Positions 1 to 12,814 are shown, counted from the stretch's first letter. The stretch: 64,000 nt of DNA from Selaginella moellendorffii (GCF_000143415.4 NW_003314307.1:972952-1036951), one strand, 5' to 3'. Notes: generated from the letters alone by a model not told the origin. Translations and numbers: made by a program.

Positions 1-1249
1 AATTTCTAAATTAACTTCTAAAGCCACAATAAAAGTAAAGTTTTAAAAACTTTAGGATTTATAACTTAACTTTTTGAGCCTTACAAACCTCGTCAAGAAA
101 AAGTAAATCTTATGGACATTTAACATCAAGTATAATAACTGTCGACAACATGAAATCCTTGTCTAAAAAATTAATAAATGCTAGAACAATAGACTCATTA
201 AAAACATTAGAAGAGTGTGAAGAAGAAAAAGAACCTCGAGAAAGGGTGTTAACATCAGTCATAAAATTCCTAAAGTGATAAAACATCAAAATCATATATC
301 TAAAGCTTTAAAGCCCACTAAACGGTACGATTAACCAAATTTTTTATCTCAATAACAAAGTAACTACAATATGATCAGTTTTTAATAATGTTTGAAAATT
401 ATATAAATATGTATGAAGTTTTTCAAAACCCCAAACTCTTGCTAAACACTCATTCTCTGTTATGAAGTAGTTCACCTCCGCTAGTTGTAATATACAGTTA
501 ATATATACAACAGAATAATATTAACCAAGCACACATGGGCTCTTTTGCATCAACACAACTCTAAAACCAATATCAAAAACATTTATGTGCAAAATAAAAA
601 GTCAAATATACCAAAACTTGAAGAGTTATTAATATCTCGTTGAGATCCATAAACACCCACTCATAGTTTACAAATGTCGCGAATGTGACTTCGGGTATCG
701 AAAGTTACCTGTCGGCTAGTCCTTACGGACACTCTTACCTTACTGCCACGATGGCAGGAGGTCGGTATTGTTGGGCCCGTTATTAGTCTCCACCTAAGCT
801 AGTTGAGAAACTGGTCTTCGCGTGTGCACTTGACCAGATGGGCATAAGGACGGAATTCCTACGTGCTATTTGTCAAGCATATTTGACCTGGTTAGAGAAA
901 CTCATTCGTTGACTTTCACTTGCTAGTGTTGGGAACCCCCGTGATATTGAGATTGGTCCCTCAATATTGTTAAATGATAGCTTACCATGTCTGCCAAACA
1001 CCCTCGCTATCATGCCCTTTGTGTTAGTCTCATTTTGGTCCTAAATGCTATTTATGGAAAGTATCCAGATTTGCTCATTTGGCATATTTGCGGAATGTAG
1101 AGATCGGCCTGAACACAATGGTGTTCGTCCCATATCCAAATTCGCAATCTAGGGATATTCCATATTTAATAAGTTTCGAGCTTGTCCCAGAGACTAACTC
1201 CTGATACTAAGGGAGGCTTGGGGTGAAAGCCCAAAGCGTGTGTTCCTCA

Positions 1250-1800
1250 AGGGGGGGGGGGGCTGTGGGGGGTTCCAAATGTATAGTAGGGATAGTGGGT
1301 AGGTTGGGCATGGCCGACCAACCAGAGGTATAGTCTAGCTCCCGCTTGCGTGCCTGTCCTTGTTCTGCGTCCGGCTTGGGTCTAAGCCCAAGTTCCATTC
1401 CATGCTAGCTAGTGGAGTACCCATATCCTCGCGTTAGGCCACCGGTATGCCGAAATAGCACCAGACTCTGTTTGGCTCCGTTTTGCGTGCTGGTCCTGGC
1501 ATTGGGATGTTGGTTGCTCCAGGACTGTTCCAAGTCGCTCCGGGCTCCTGTCCCTTCGCTCCTTGGGCTTTATGCTCGGGAGTTGCTCCGTGGTTTGGTT
1601 CTGTCACTCCTCGGCTCCATGCTTGGGAGTTTGGCACCGTTCCTTCGTTCAGTGGCCCAAGGCCCTGGACACGTGGACACGTGGCATGGACACGTGGCAT
1701 GTGACACATGGCATCTGTCACGTGGCACAAAGAGGGTTTAGGCTCCGCTTCGTGGTGTTATCCTATGGTAAATCACCTTAGGATAAAGGGTCAAAACCAC
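1250..1800 (+). mobile_element. Possible polypurine tract plus 3' LTR remnant of an LTR retrotransposon, containing a CACGTG/G-box-rich tandem motif
   Basis: A poly-G purine tract (~1249-1262) is followed by TGTGG at 1264. The block is GC-richer than its AT-rich flanks and has repeated GACACGTGG(CA) at ~1668-1727. No partner LTR or TSD was found. Confidence 0.3.
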
Positions 1801-1830
1801 GTGTGCTAAAACAAACCAAATGAAAAACAA

Positions 1831-1930
1831 CGCTCGAAATGGTGTAGTGTGATCAAAAAGATAATTAGCAAAATGACCCAGATACTACACATTGCCCAAA
1901 AAACATTACACATCATTCACACACTTGAGT
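1831..1930 (-). mobile_element. Short relic of Ty3/Gypsy RT-RNaseH connection region, same family as the element at 47780-53915
   Basis: Aligns by eye to 51117-51220. It translates GNV*YLGHFANYLFDHTTPFRA versus GKV*YLGRFVDHLFDRTTPLRA. Confidence 0.7.
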
Positions 1931-3244
1931 GTAAAATTCATCAAATAATATTTAAATATTTTTATTTATTGCCTAATATTTGTGTTTTTTTTTGTTTGTG
2001 AATTACCTTTGTAAGAAATATAAACAACACATATAATTATATATAAGATACAAAAAATAATTGATCTTATTTATGTATCATTATAATGTATTTAATTTAT
2101 TAAAGAACACACCATCTCATTATTGAGAGAAAATAAGACAATAAAATCACTAAAAAATGTTAAAGACAAATAAAAACGATGCATTTATGTTGAAATTTCT
2201 AAAAATATAGTTATAAAACCTTTACTTTTACAATGTTTACTAAAGCTAATCTAGTCAAACTTCAATCTAATCCAAACATCTATATAAGTATAGAATCTTA
2301 AATTCCAATATATGTGTATGATATGTCTTGAGTTCAATTGTTGTAAACAAAAGTTCTAGGTTTGTGGACATTAACAGTGAAATATACTTTAGTAAAAACA
2401 AAGAGATGGGTAGATAAGTGACATATGAAGATTAAAGAATATAATAATATAAAAGATATACTACCATGAAGAGTATTTAAATTATTACTATAATATACAT
2501 TTCTACTAAATAAATTGTATAAACATAAATATAAGCCCAATAAAAATCATTTTCTCTTTCTTTTATGTTTATTAAGCATTTAAATTTTCTAAGTTAAACT
2601 ACCAATTATAAGATCTTACTGGAATTGACCATTTGTTAGTTCGATAGCTTAAATGTGTTTGAAATATTGCATACCCAAAAATATACCATTCAATCCTATA
2701 ATTTCTCCATCCATAATCTTTGTCTTTAAATCTAAATGAAACAAATTTTTTTTCCAATTTCATACCCATTTTTTATTTTGGCATCACACCAAAAAAGTGT
2801 TGTTCCTATCCAATTCACATCAAATTTAAAGAAAAAAGATTGCCTATTTTTAATATTCTTAATTCCCATATCATCATCTCTTGATTGGCAATGTAATTCT
2901 AGATCAAAACCTACCCAATTATAAATAAATATTCTGTAAGCTTCAGATAAGCATAAAGATGAAATAACAGATAAAATAAACAAGTGTGAAGCAAACGATG
3001 CCATAAAATTTACTAGCAACTGTATCATACTCCCTTATTTAAACGTGCTATTGGCATATGGCATCCGGCGTCTTTTATTCCATTTTTAGAATATTATTTC
3101 TGAATATGCTTATAATCTAACGGTTCAAATTCAAAAACTTCAAATAGATGGCATAGATCAAGTGCCAAAGGGGTGGCAACTCTTCAATTTTTTAATGACG
3201 ATCCAAATCAACAGAAAAAATTTAGGGCGATTGGGCAGATTGTG

Positions 3245-3406
<162 letters not shown>

Positions 3407-3429
3407 CTGTGTGCTGAAATTTTCTATTT

Positions 3430-3975
3430 GCTGCGTTTGATCGAACTGGCTGGGGACTGACAAGCCGGCCGTGCAAAAAAAGTGGCTGTGACAAAGATGG
3501 TCTTCCCAATCCTACGAGCACCAGTCCCAAGTGAGTGTTCTATTCATTGTCGTTTAGAAAAAAATAAAAAAGAAATTTTTTTCTGCTGTTCTTGCTTGTT
3601 TGATTTCTCTGATTAGAGCTCGCAGGTGGATTTGCTGCTGAGCTTTTATCAGCAACTAAAATTCTCATCGGTCGTGCTCGTTGGTCATGATGACAGTGGA
3701 TTGCTTGCTCTTATGGCAGCTGCCAATATCTTGACAACTCTAAGCTCAACGCAGGTAAGCTCCAAGCCACTATAGTTGGATCATCTCATGGATTTTCATT
3801 TCTGCGGTGAAGGTGGTGATCAAAGGTGTGGTTTAGATCGCAGTGAGCTCCTCCAAATATCGCCATTTGTTCGAGTTTTGCTCCACACTTCTTTGGGACG
3901 GCACATACTCCGGCCATTGCTGTGCCCGGAGATGATGCTTCGGAGCTCACCTCCAAAGTGATGGAACTTTACAAG
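3430..3975 (+). pseudogene. Alpha/beta-hydrolase gene fragment (plant GHDDG-type family), 3 exons, disrupted
   Basis: Exons translate AAFDRTGWGLTSRP..LPNP, VDLLLSFYQQLKFSSVVLVGHDDSGLLALMAA and VVIKGVV*..PFVRVLLHTSLGRHILRPLL..ELYK. There is a frameshift, an in-frame TAG, and no 5' or 3' part of the gene. Confidence 0.8.
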
Positions 3976-4063
3976 GTATGAGGAAAAATTCGAACTTGAT
4001 CAAAAGAAATCCATGATTTTCCGTGTATACATAAGTGTCTTTTCTATCTTGTTGTGATGTCTA

Positions 4064-4625
4064 GGCCATTTTCTTCTCACAAACTTGCTACTGGACAAAA
4101 TGAAGGAGACCGCTAAGGAAAGTGTTTGTCAATCTCTCCTCCGTCGTGCATATCGCCTCTTACAGCGGTGGAATCCAGTTCTCACACCTTAATGACAAAA
4201 CCTGGTACGCCAAACAACTCTCTTTTCTCGTGAGCTTACATTCTTCCTTTTTTCTTCCAAAAGGTACTCCGACACTAGAGCATACAGTCAATCCAAGCTT
4301 GCGAACTTTTTCCACGCCAAAGAACTGGCAATAAGATTCAAGGTATTCGTCTAATGCTTTGAAATCTCTCCCACCTTTCTCTTTCGCCAATGCTTTTTCT
4401 TTCGCTGATTAGGCCGAAGGAGTTGACATCACAGCCAACACTGTTCATCCAGGGTTTATAATGACACCTTTGATGGCAATGAGATTCAAGGTATTCGTCT
4501 AATGCTTTGAAATCTCTCCCACCTTTCTCTTTCATCAATGCTTTCTCTTTCGCTGATTAGGCTGAAGGAGTTGACATCACAGCCAATGCTGTTCATCTAG
4601 GGTTTATAATGACACCTTTGATGCG
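4064..4625 (+). pseudogene. Short-chain dehydrogenase/reductase (TIC32/retinol dehydrogenase-like) fragment
   Basis: GHFLLTNLLLDKMKETAKES, VNLSSVVH, YSQSKLAN (YxxxK) and EGVDITANTVHPGFIMTPLM, with GT-AG introns and an internal deletion/frameshift. Both ends are missing. Confidence 0.85.
4326..4623 (+). repeat. 148-bp tandem duplication (exon end, intron, exon of the SDR fragment)
   Basis: Units start at 4326 and 4474 (tggcaat.agattcaaggtattcg...acacctttgatg) and are near identical. Confidence 0.95.
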
Positions 4626-5839
4626 GTACAAGAACATTGAAGAGTAAATATGATAAAAGGTGGGCTTAATTTAGCAACTTATGAGAACTGTTTAAGTTCT
4701 TTGCTTTGTTGTTCTAGGTAGAGATGGCTAGGGCTAAGCGGACGATCAGGAGGACTCCACCACAGTACCGTTTTTTTTAACAAACAAATCACAAATGTTC
4801 GGGTTCGCTCAATTTAAGAAGCTGGAGGTGAAAACCACAAGCTCTCAACACTGCCATTAGGTACTTGTTGACCTGAATGTAGACCTGAAGCCCCGCCTGG
4901 GACAAGCTCTGTAATGAGTGGAAAGTAAGCTCAATACGTTGTAGCAGCAGCTCTCATATACCAGCCAGCTGTAGCACACATGCAGCCAATAGCAAGCACG
5001 CCAAACAACTCCATGAAAATGATCTCTTTGATCCAATCAGGTGACCACCAACAAGGGAAAGAGAAACTGCAAAACAAAGAAAAGGAGATAGGCAATAAAA
5101 ACACACAGCAGACAGACACACCTTCATTCAGGTACTATACTTTCCCTTTCCCTTTTTCACTATGCTGTTGCAAAATTGAGATAACAAGAGCTCAGCTCAA
5201 TCACTAAGAGCTTAACTGATGGATGAAAGCTGACTCACCCTTGTTTTACCTGACAGGTACACTGTAGTGCCATTTTTGTTTTGTTGTGTGGATCAACTGC
5301 TAAGACCTTCTTAAGGGGGCAGAGGATGATTATTCAGTGAGCGTGAGACAGATGAGCAAGAAAAACGCAAGCGCCTTCACAAGCATTGGATCCAAGAGCA
5401 GACACACCAAAAAAAATATTCTCTGGCATTTACATTATCTGGAGATGAGGTCAGACACACACCTACAGCTTACCTCCTGCATTTGCAAAAGCCCCATTGG
5501 AAATGGCAACAAGAAATGTGTCAAATAGCACAAGAGAACTATACAGCTAACTTCCAAAACACTCATTCATTCATATGTAGGCCTTTGATTTTCAGGTAAA
5601 TCGGAAATAGATGTTTTGAAAAATGAGAGATGAAAACAAGAATAGAAAGAAAGAAAGAAACAAACAAACAAACAAACCAAGTTTTGAAAAGCTGTGTCTT
5701 TAAAGCTTCCACTCCTTTTAAAGAAATACACACTCAAATATATCAAAACATTCTCCCAATTTTACAAAACACTTCAAAAACTTAACTGCCACCTTTTGCA
5801 AGCATTATATATGAGAAAAGATCCTTGTTACAACCACCA

Positions 5840-6070
5840 AACTCCTGTGCCGTCTGCAAGGCAGTGCTTAGATCCCAGTACATTCGACAAGCTCCCAGCA
5901 GACTCTCTCACTCCTCTTGCCCAGCATCCCCTTGGAATCCTTCAGCTTCCCGGCCCTTGCAAACACATCCTGCTGAAGCTATCTGCAGTGAGATTCAAGC
6001 CATGGTTGCAGACTCCAAGTACTGCCACACGTTCAAGCGATCTCCTCCTATTTCAAGGCCATGGCATGGA
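5840..6070 (-). pseudogene. Degenerate PLS/E-class PPR gene fragment
   Basis: Frameshifted pieces DVFARAGKLKDS and SLLGACRMYWDLSTALQTAQE resemble the PPR S2/E1 consensus (DLLGRAG.L / SLLGACR). Confidence 0.55.
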
Positions 6071-6079
6071 AGAGCCATG

Positions 6080-6983
6080 GCAACGTTGCCTACATTGCAC
6101 ATGACTAAAACTTTGGTTTCAAGCATGTCGTCCATCACGTACTTGACACCCTCTCGTTGGATTCCAGAGTCTTTGATCCCACCGTATGGCTGGCTATCAA
6201 CACACATGCTTGGCAAATCGTTGAGGCAAACTCCTCCAGCCTGTGAGGATCAAATAATCATCAAACAATCGATCAATACTTTCTATATCTCAAACGTAAA
6301 GCTACCTCTATGTGCTCAAACGCATAGAAGGCCTTGTTTAGATCATGCATAAAGACGCTGGCCTGGAGACCGTAATGCGTATTGTTAGCTTCGTTCACGG
6401 CTTCCTTGAAATCACTGCGTCACCACCGTTTTAGTTTAGAGAAAAAAAAGGAAGTAAAGAAGAACTTTAGGGGCTAAGAAACTTTGAGAGCTTACTTGTA
6501 TGAGTAGAGAAGGATCACTGGACTGAAAATCTCTTCCTTCTTTGCATCTGTGTCAAAGGGAGCGTCTTCCAGGATCATTGGCTCCATGAAAGCTCCCCTT
6601 CGCTTACCACCAACTAAAAGTTTGGTGCCTGCCTTCACTGTCTCGTTCACACTCTTCTCCACTGTAGCTGCCGATGACTTGGGCCAGATGGACATGTCGT
6701 CTTGGCGAGGATCTCCACCTTTGAGTTTCTTAATGGCAGCAATCAATGTACACAACCAGCACCAAATACGTTAGATCAAAGCTCGATTTGAGAACAAAGA
6801 ATACGATAGAATTTAAAGATGAGTGTTGGATACCTCACCTTTCACGTAAAGACGCTGCATGTGAATGCACGACTGGCCGCTTTGATAGAATCCTTTGTGG
6901 ACCAACTTAGCGATTGTACCTTCCAAGTCTGGAACAAGATCTTCCACCATGCATGGAGCATTGCCTCCCAGCTCCATAACCAC
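6080..6983 (-). pseudogene. ALDH21: Aldehyde dehydrogenase family 21 (ALDH21A1-like), 3' half only, 4 exons
   Basis: VVMELGGNAPCMVEDLVPD..GFYQSGQSCIHMQRLYV, EEIFSPVILLYSY and DSQPYGGIKDSGIQREGVKYVMDDMLETKVLVMCNVG match bryophyte/lycophyte ALDH21 as I recall it. The 5' half is absent and exon 2 appears to have an indel. Confidence 0.85.
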
Positions 6984-7381
6984 CTGTAAGAGGAATCAAA
7001 GAAGTTGAAGAAAGCGAAGCTCCATCCGAAGGAAGATATAATAAAATATCATTATTTTTTAGAATCTTTATAAGTAAGAAAAAATTTCTAAATCAATTTT
7101 AGTCTTCAACAATAGCATTTTCTACAACATCCATCTTACAACTGATATAAATCCCAGCTGAAAATATGTTTCTTTTTCAATAATTTTTATTAAAAATAGT
7201 TTTATATTTTATGTAGATAATGGTATTCTATAGTATTTAAAAAGCCAAAAACTTCTTAAGTTAGAAGGAAGCAGTGGTTCTTGCAATATAAAATATATTT
7301 TAATTATTCATATATATATATATATATATAAGTATTGACAACGAGCCATTCTATATAGAACTAGCCTTAATCATCAGAACT

Positions 7382-7546
7382 GCTCACAAGAAACGAGAGT
7401 TGTTTGGTGTACCAGGCTTTGTCATTAAGGTGTGAGAACTGGATTCCACCACTGTAAGAGGCGATATGCATGATGGAGGAGAGATTGACAAACACTGTCC
7501 TTGGTCTCCTTCATTTTGTCCATGAGCAAGTTTGTGAGAAGAAAAT
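7382..7546 (-). pseudogene. Second, inverted copy of the TIC32-like SDR fragment (runs into a gap)
   Basis: Reverse complement of ~4068-4235, with the same internal deletion. Confidence 0.9.
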
Positions 7547-7965
7547 NNNNNNNNNNNNNNNNNNNNNNNNNNNNNNNNNNNNNNNNNNNNNNNNNNNNNN
7601 NNNNNNNNNNNNNNNNNNNNNNNNNNNNNNNNNNNNNNNNNNNNNNNNNNNNNNNNNNNNNNNNNNNNNNNNNNNNNNNNNNNNNNNNNNNNNNNNNNNN
7701 NNNNNNNNNNNNNNNNNNNNNNNNNNNNNNNNNNNNNNNNNNNNNNNNNNNNNNNNNNNNNNNNNNNNNNNNNNNNNNNNNNNNNNNNNNNNNNNNNNNN
7801 NNNNNNNNNNNNNNNNNNNNNNNNNNNNNNNNNNNNNNNNNNNNNNNNNNNNNNNNNNNNNNNNNNNNNNNNNNNNNNNNNNNNNNNNNNNNNNNNNNNN
7901 NNNNNNNNNNNNNNNNNNNNNNNNNNNNNNNNNNNNNNNNNNNNNNNNNNNNNNNNNNNNNNNNN
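7547..7965. other. Assembly gap (N run)
   Basis: Ns. Confidence 1.
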
Positions 7966-8887
7966 CCAAGCTAAACATGTGCGACAAAGTGGTGATCAGC
8001 ACCTTTAGGAGATATCACAACAGCAAAGTACATGGCAGCTGAGGTGGTGGAGAACAAGGATTGGAGCTCTACATGGCAGCCTACTCCACTTTCTTACAGA
8101 CAAAGCCATGAACTGTTTTTAAAAAAGCCATTTCTGAAGGAATAAGATAGCATTAAATAAACTGTTGTGTATGTATGTGTTTATAGACACAACTTTGAAG
8201 CCATGAGCTTGGTTTGATTCGGTACATGATATTTGTACATTAACTCAGGGCATAGAAAAGATTTCCGTGTTTGATTTTATTTAGTGTTTTGCTCTCTCTC
8301 GTAAAGGTATTAGGTAAAAAAAAAAAAGTCTATATGTCGTTCCAGATCACGATCCTAAAAATGCTTAAAACATTCAAAAGGAAACGTGCAGGCAGAAAAC
8401 AGTTCAGAAGAGTGACCTGCACATACAAGAATCTCTATTCTATTGTGCTATTGCTATGTTTGCTTGAAAACAAAACAGAAAAAAACCAAAAATACTTATC
8501 GATACGAATTTCCGATAGTTGTCAACTCAAAATAGTTGAGAGTGGCATATCCTTCGAGGTTAATGTAATTACAGAATATGTATTTAAAATCAATGATATA
8601 GAAAAGGCTGAACTTTTTACAATCGAGTAAGCTTTCCCACACTTTCACATTCAAAACTTTTAACATAACCACCTATGAAATCTCATGCTTGAATATTTCT
8701 ATATATTGCATAAATGAATTATATTGATTATATTGATCATATAAAATTATATAACCAATTATATAATTCGGCTACTTAGATGTTAGATCCAGGATAATGT
8801 ATATATCCTGGATTATATACATCCACATCACTGTGAATCCACTAATCTAGAATTCTAATTGTATAAGTACATACCAATCAATACCAA

Positions 8888-9739
8888 GAAAATTAGTGAT
8901 TAAAGTCCCAGCTATGCTGGGAGCATCGTGTTTATTCCTAATATTTTAGTAACTTCAAAGAGTTGTAATAGCAATTGTAATTTTTAACATAATCATAATG
9001 ATAACATACATAGTTAAACATAATATAATATTTATATTAAAAATCCCTTCTACAATTCACTCTATCACCAACACACATCATAACATAATAAATTAAACTC
9101 ATAACATTATATCACATTTAAAATTCTGATTGTTGAGTGAAGTCTTCTATTGTAGTCTTCTATTGTATTTTCGATTGTATGGTGTTAGTGATTCACACTA
9201 ATTATACAAGGTACACATAAAATGATTATGATTCATTATGTATGATGCATTACTAACCATATCAATTTTAATATAAAATTCCATATGGCATATGAAGTGT
9301 AGGCGATGTTAGCATAATACTTGAATATGAAGTGTTGCATATATCAAGAAAAATGTATCACATGCTTGAAAACTCTTCTACGATTGTTCAAGTACCCCTT
9401 GAACACCATGTTCCCACACATGCAAACTTCACCAAAGGTGACACTGTCCTCGGCAACTGGTTCCAGAGTTTCGGAGTTGAGCACCTGTAAGCTGTCAAGG
9501 CAAATGTATTTCACGCCCTGCCGAGCCTTGAGCATGATTTGAATATCGTGTTTTGTGTTAGTGATAGAGTCAATTGTAGAAGGGATTTTAATATAAAGAT
9601 TATATATGTTTCACTATATATGTTATCATTATGATTATGTTAAAAATTACAATTATGATTAGAACTCTTAGAAATTACTAAAACATCAGGAATAAACACG
9701 ATGTTCCTAGCATAGTTGAGACTTTAGTCACTAATTTTC
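8888..9739. repeat. Long inverted repeat: arms 8888-9075 and 9554-9739 (about 187 bp each)
   Basis: gaaaattagtgattaaagtcccagctatgctgggagcatcgtgtttattcc... is matched in reverse complement by ...ggaataaacacgatgttcctagcatagttgagactttagtcactaattttc. Confidence 0.9.
9385..9540 (-). pseudogene. Acyl-activating enzyme (AMP-binding, AAE7/clade I-like) exon fragment
   Basis: LKARQGVKYICLDSLQVLNSETLEPVAEDSVTFGEVCMCGNMVFKGYLNN matches the ARQGV..GEI..RGN.VMKGYLKN pattern. Confidence 0.8.
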
Positions 9740-10829
9740 ATTGCTCCTGGTTTGATAATGTTATTATACTATATTAAATATAGAACCATAGACAAAATAT
9801 AAAAATATTATTATTTAGGTGCTACATCTAAATTTTTAAACAAATATTAATATTTTATAAGATATTTTTTATATTTTACATTTTTTATATTAAAGTGTTA
9901 CTTTAAGTATATTAAAATATAATAATGCTAAAAAATATAGATTTAAAACTCACTTAAACTACATACATTTTATAACTTTATAAAATATAAATACTGTTAT
10001 GTAGATTAGTACTTATTAAAGTTAAAGTATTATATTACAAATCATTAACATTGTTTCTGTATATCTTTTTATATAGAGAAAATGCTAATATAAATTAAAA
10101 TTATTATCTCAACGTTTCATTGATTTTTATTTAAATGTATGGCATTATAAAAATGTTATTGAGGCTAATATTTTTCAGTGAAAGGTAAGGTTTTACTCTG
10201 ATATTAGGGTATTGAGGATGTGTAATCATTTTTTTCTGGAATGACATTTTTGTAGGTTGTAGCCTTTTGTATGATGTCTAATGTTGCTCAATCATATTTT
10301 TATCTGTATGTCATTATATTTATTTATCAAATATTTATTTATCACTTCATCAATTATTAGTCTTAAAAACATTATTATCACTTTATGATATTACACAAAT
10401 CTTAGACTATATCTGAGCTAACAAACAACTCAATGTGATTATATTCATTTATGAGTGTATAATAAATATCATAAGATTATGGACAAAACTAAAGCTAATT
10501 TATAAGATAAAATAGCTGGATCCATTCAATTCTTATATTTTAAGTTATGAAAAAATTCATTTTCTATATTCACCACATTATTTACATTTAAACTTTATAG
10601 TATTTTTTCTATTGTGTCTGCTATATATGATCTTTCTACAAAAAAAGTATGTTTAATTTTACTAATATACTATTGAATCCATACAATACTCTTTGTTCTA
10701 TAAAGGTTTTATTCTATGGATCAAAGAGTATGCTGATATATCCGTTGGGAGATATAGTATATCGAAGATAAATAGATCTTCTTTTGTAATTCTAAAATGT
10801 TAGATATTTTGATTGTATACAATGTTAAA

Positions 10830-12814
10830 TTTATCTTAATTTTACTATTATTCATGTCCAAAGAAATGGAAAAAAATGCAATTAGATATAATGCAAGTGT
10901 TGAGGAACATAAGATCATTTTTTAATAATCATTAAATTTTCATTTGAAATTTTTATTGTCCTTATAAAAAGGTACACAAATCTAAACACATCTAAAAGAT
11001 TGTTGCCATATTTGAAAAGCAATTTAGATTTTACAAAACCAAAGAAATATATATATACTAAAAAAAGAATAATAGGTTAGTTATGGCAAATTATATTTTT
11101 TATTGCATATTGAGCTAAATTGTTTTTAATTGAACTGTAATGACACCTGTAACTTTCATAGTTTACTAAAGAATAATAAAATTTCTATAATATGTCTGGT
11201 TTTACATTTAAAAATATACATAAGTATAAGTCTATTTACAATATCAAACTTATTCCCACCTTCTTGAAATATATGTTTAAAATTTCCTTTCATAAAACAA
11301 ATCAAATGATATTCCTACAGGTGTGCACTCAAAACTCTTGGACAAGGTATATTATTTATAATTATTATTTCTTAACTCCAAAGGATGTAGATATTGGCAA
11401 TAAAATTTAAGTGTTATAGATGGGTTTTACAAGATGACAAAGATATAAAAAAAAGTATTGAGAAGTAAATTTGAATATTATAAAATAAATAAATTAGTGT
11501 ATAAACTTTTTAAGTTAAAAACCAGATAAAGTTGCAAGAATGAAAATAAAACAGTTCTATTATTTTTAAATATAAATTACCAATTATATAATTAACTATT
11601 TTAAATTTTAAATTTGGAGAAATTGTTGACTATATAAATATAAAAAATATGTACATACTTGAATAAATTTAAAAATCATCATTTGTTTTGGAGGATTTTT
11701 ATTTGTAAAATTAACTTTATAAATCATATTGAGTCTACAAGAGAAGAGTTTTCTACAATATTCATCTTAAAATTAATATAAATCATAGTTGTAAATATTT
11801 CTTTGATAAATGTTTTAATAATATTTGCTATATTTGTGTTGTAAAAACATACTATATTTATATTACTTGAAACATTTAATAAATATTAATATATTTTTCT
11901 TTATATATTAATACGATATCTAATTAGATAGTATTAATTTTTATATTCTCTGAAATATAAGTATCAACAATGTAATTTCTATAGTATAAAATGAAGAAGT
12001 ATTGAGAGCAAAATGCAATAGTAACACTTTACTCACAAATGATAAGCTTAATAATACAAAGGATTTCTTAAATAAATAATAAATAAATAAATATTTATAT
12101 TAATTCTTATTTAAAATTAAATAATGTATCATTTAAAAAATAGTATAATATTAATATTTACATAATATTGTCTTAGATCCATATTTACATTTAAAACATT
12201 AATACTGTTATAATCTAGGTTAATCTGTAATCATGTTCACCTTTATATAATTGCTGAATATTAACTTGTGTTAAATCATTTAATAGTAATTTATTTTTAA
12301 ATTGGAATCCATATTTTTATAATAGTACTGTTTTGTCTTAATACAAACATTATAATCCAATATAGTAAATGTTTTTGTTTGTACCTCTTTTCAAACAACT
12401 CTAATATAGTTGGATATCTAGATAGATTTACTTATGTATATTTTGAAATGTAAAACCAGACAGATAATAAAAATCTAATATTCTTTAGTAAACTATGAAG
12501 GTTAGAGGCATCAGATAAAAACAGTTTACCTCAATATGCAATCAAAATTATAATTTCCAAAAAACTAACCTATTATTTTTTTATAGTATATATAATTCTT
12601 TGGTTTTGTGAAAAGTCAATTGCTTTTCAAGTATGGCAGCAATTTTGTAGATGTGTTTAGGTTTGTGTACCTTTTTATATAGGCAATAAAAGAATATAAA
12701 TTCAAATTTAATGATGATTAAAAAATGATCTTATCTTCCCTAACACTTGCATTATTATCTAATTGCATTATTGTCCATTTATTTGGAGATTTATAGTAAT
12801 AAAATTAAGATAAA
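10830..12814. repeat. Long inverted repeat: arms ~10830-11237 and ~12422-12814 (about 400 bp each)
   Basis: For example aaaaaggtacacaaatctaaacacatcta pairs with tagatgtgtttaggtttgtgtaccttttt, and tgtctggttttacattt pairs with aaatgtaaaaccagaca. Confidence 0.9.

Noticed and set aside
675-1889. Possible solo LTR from TG at 675 to GATACTACA at 1889
   Set aside because: The flanks (ACAAA / CATTG) are not a TSD, and the right end is explained as a Gypsy RT relic.
7470-8042. ORFs crossing N runs (also 26118-27031 and 49770-50222)
   Set aside because: Open only because of assembly gaps.
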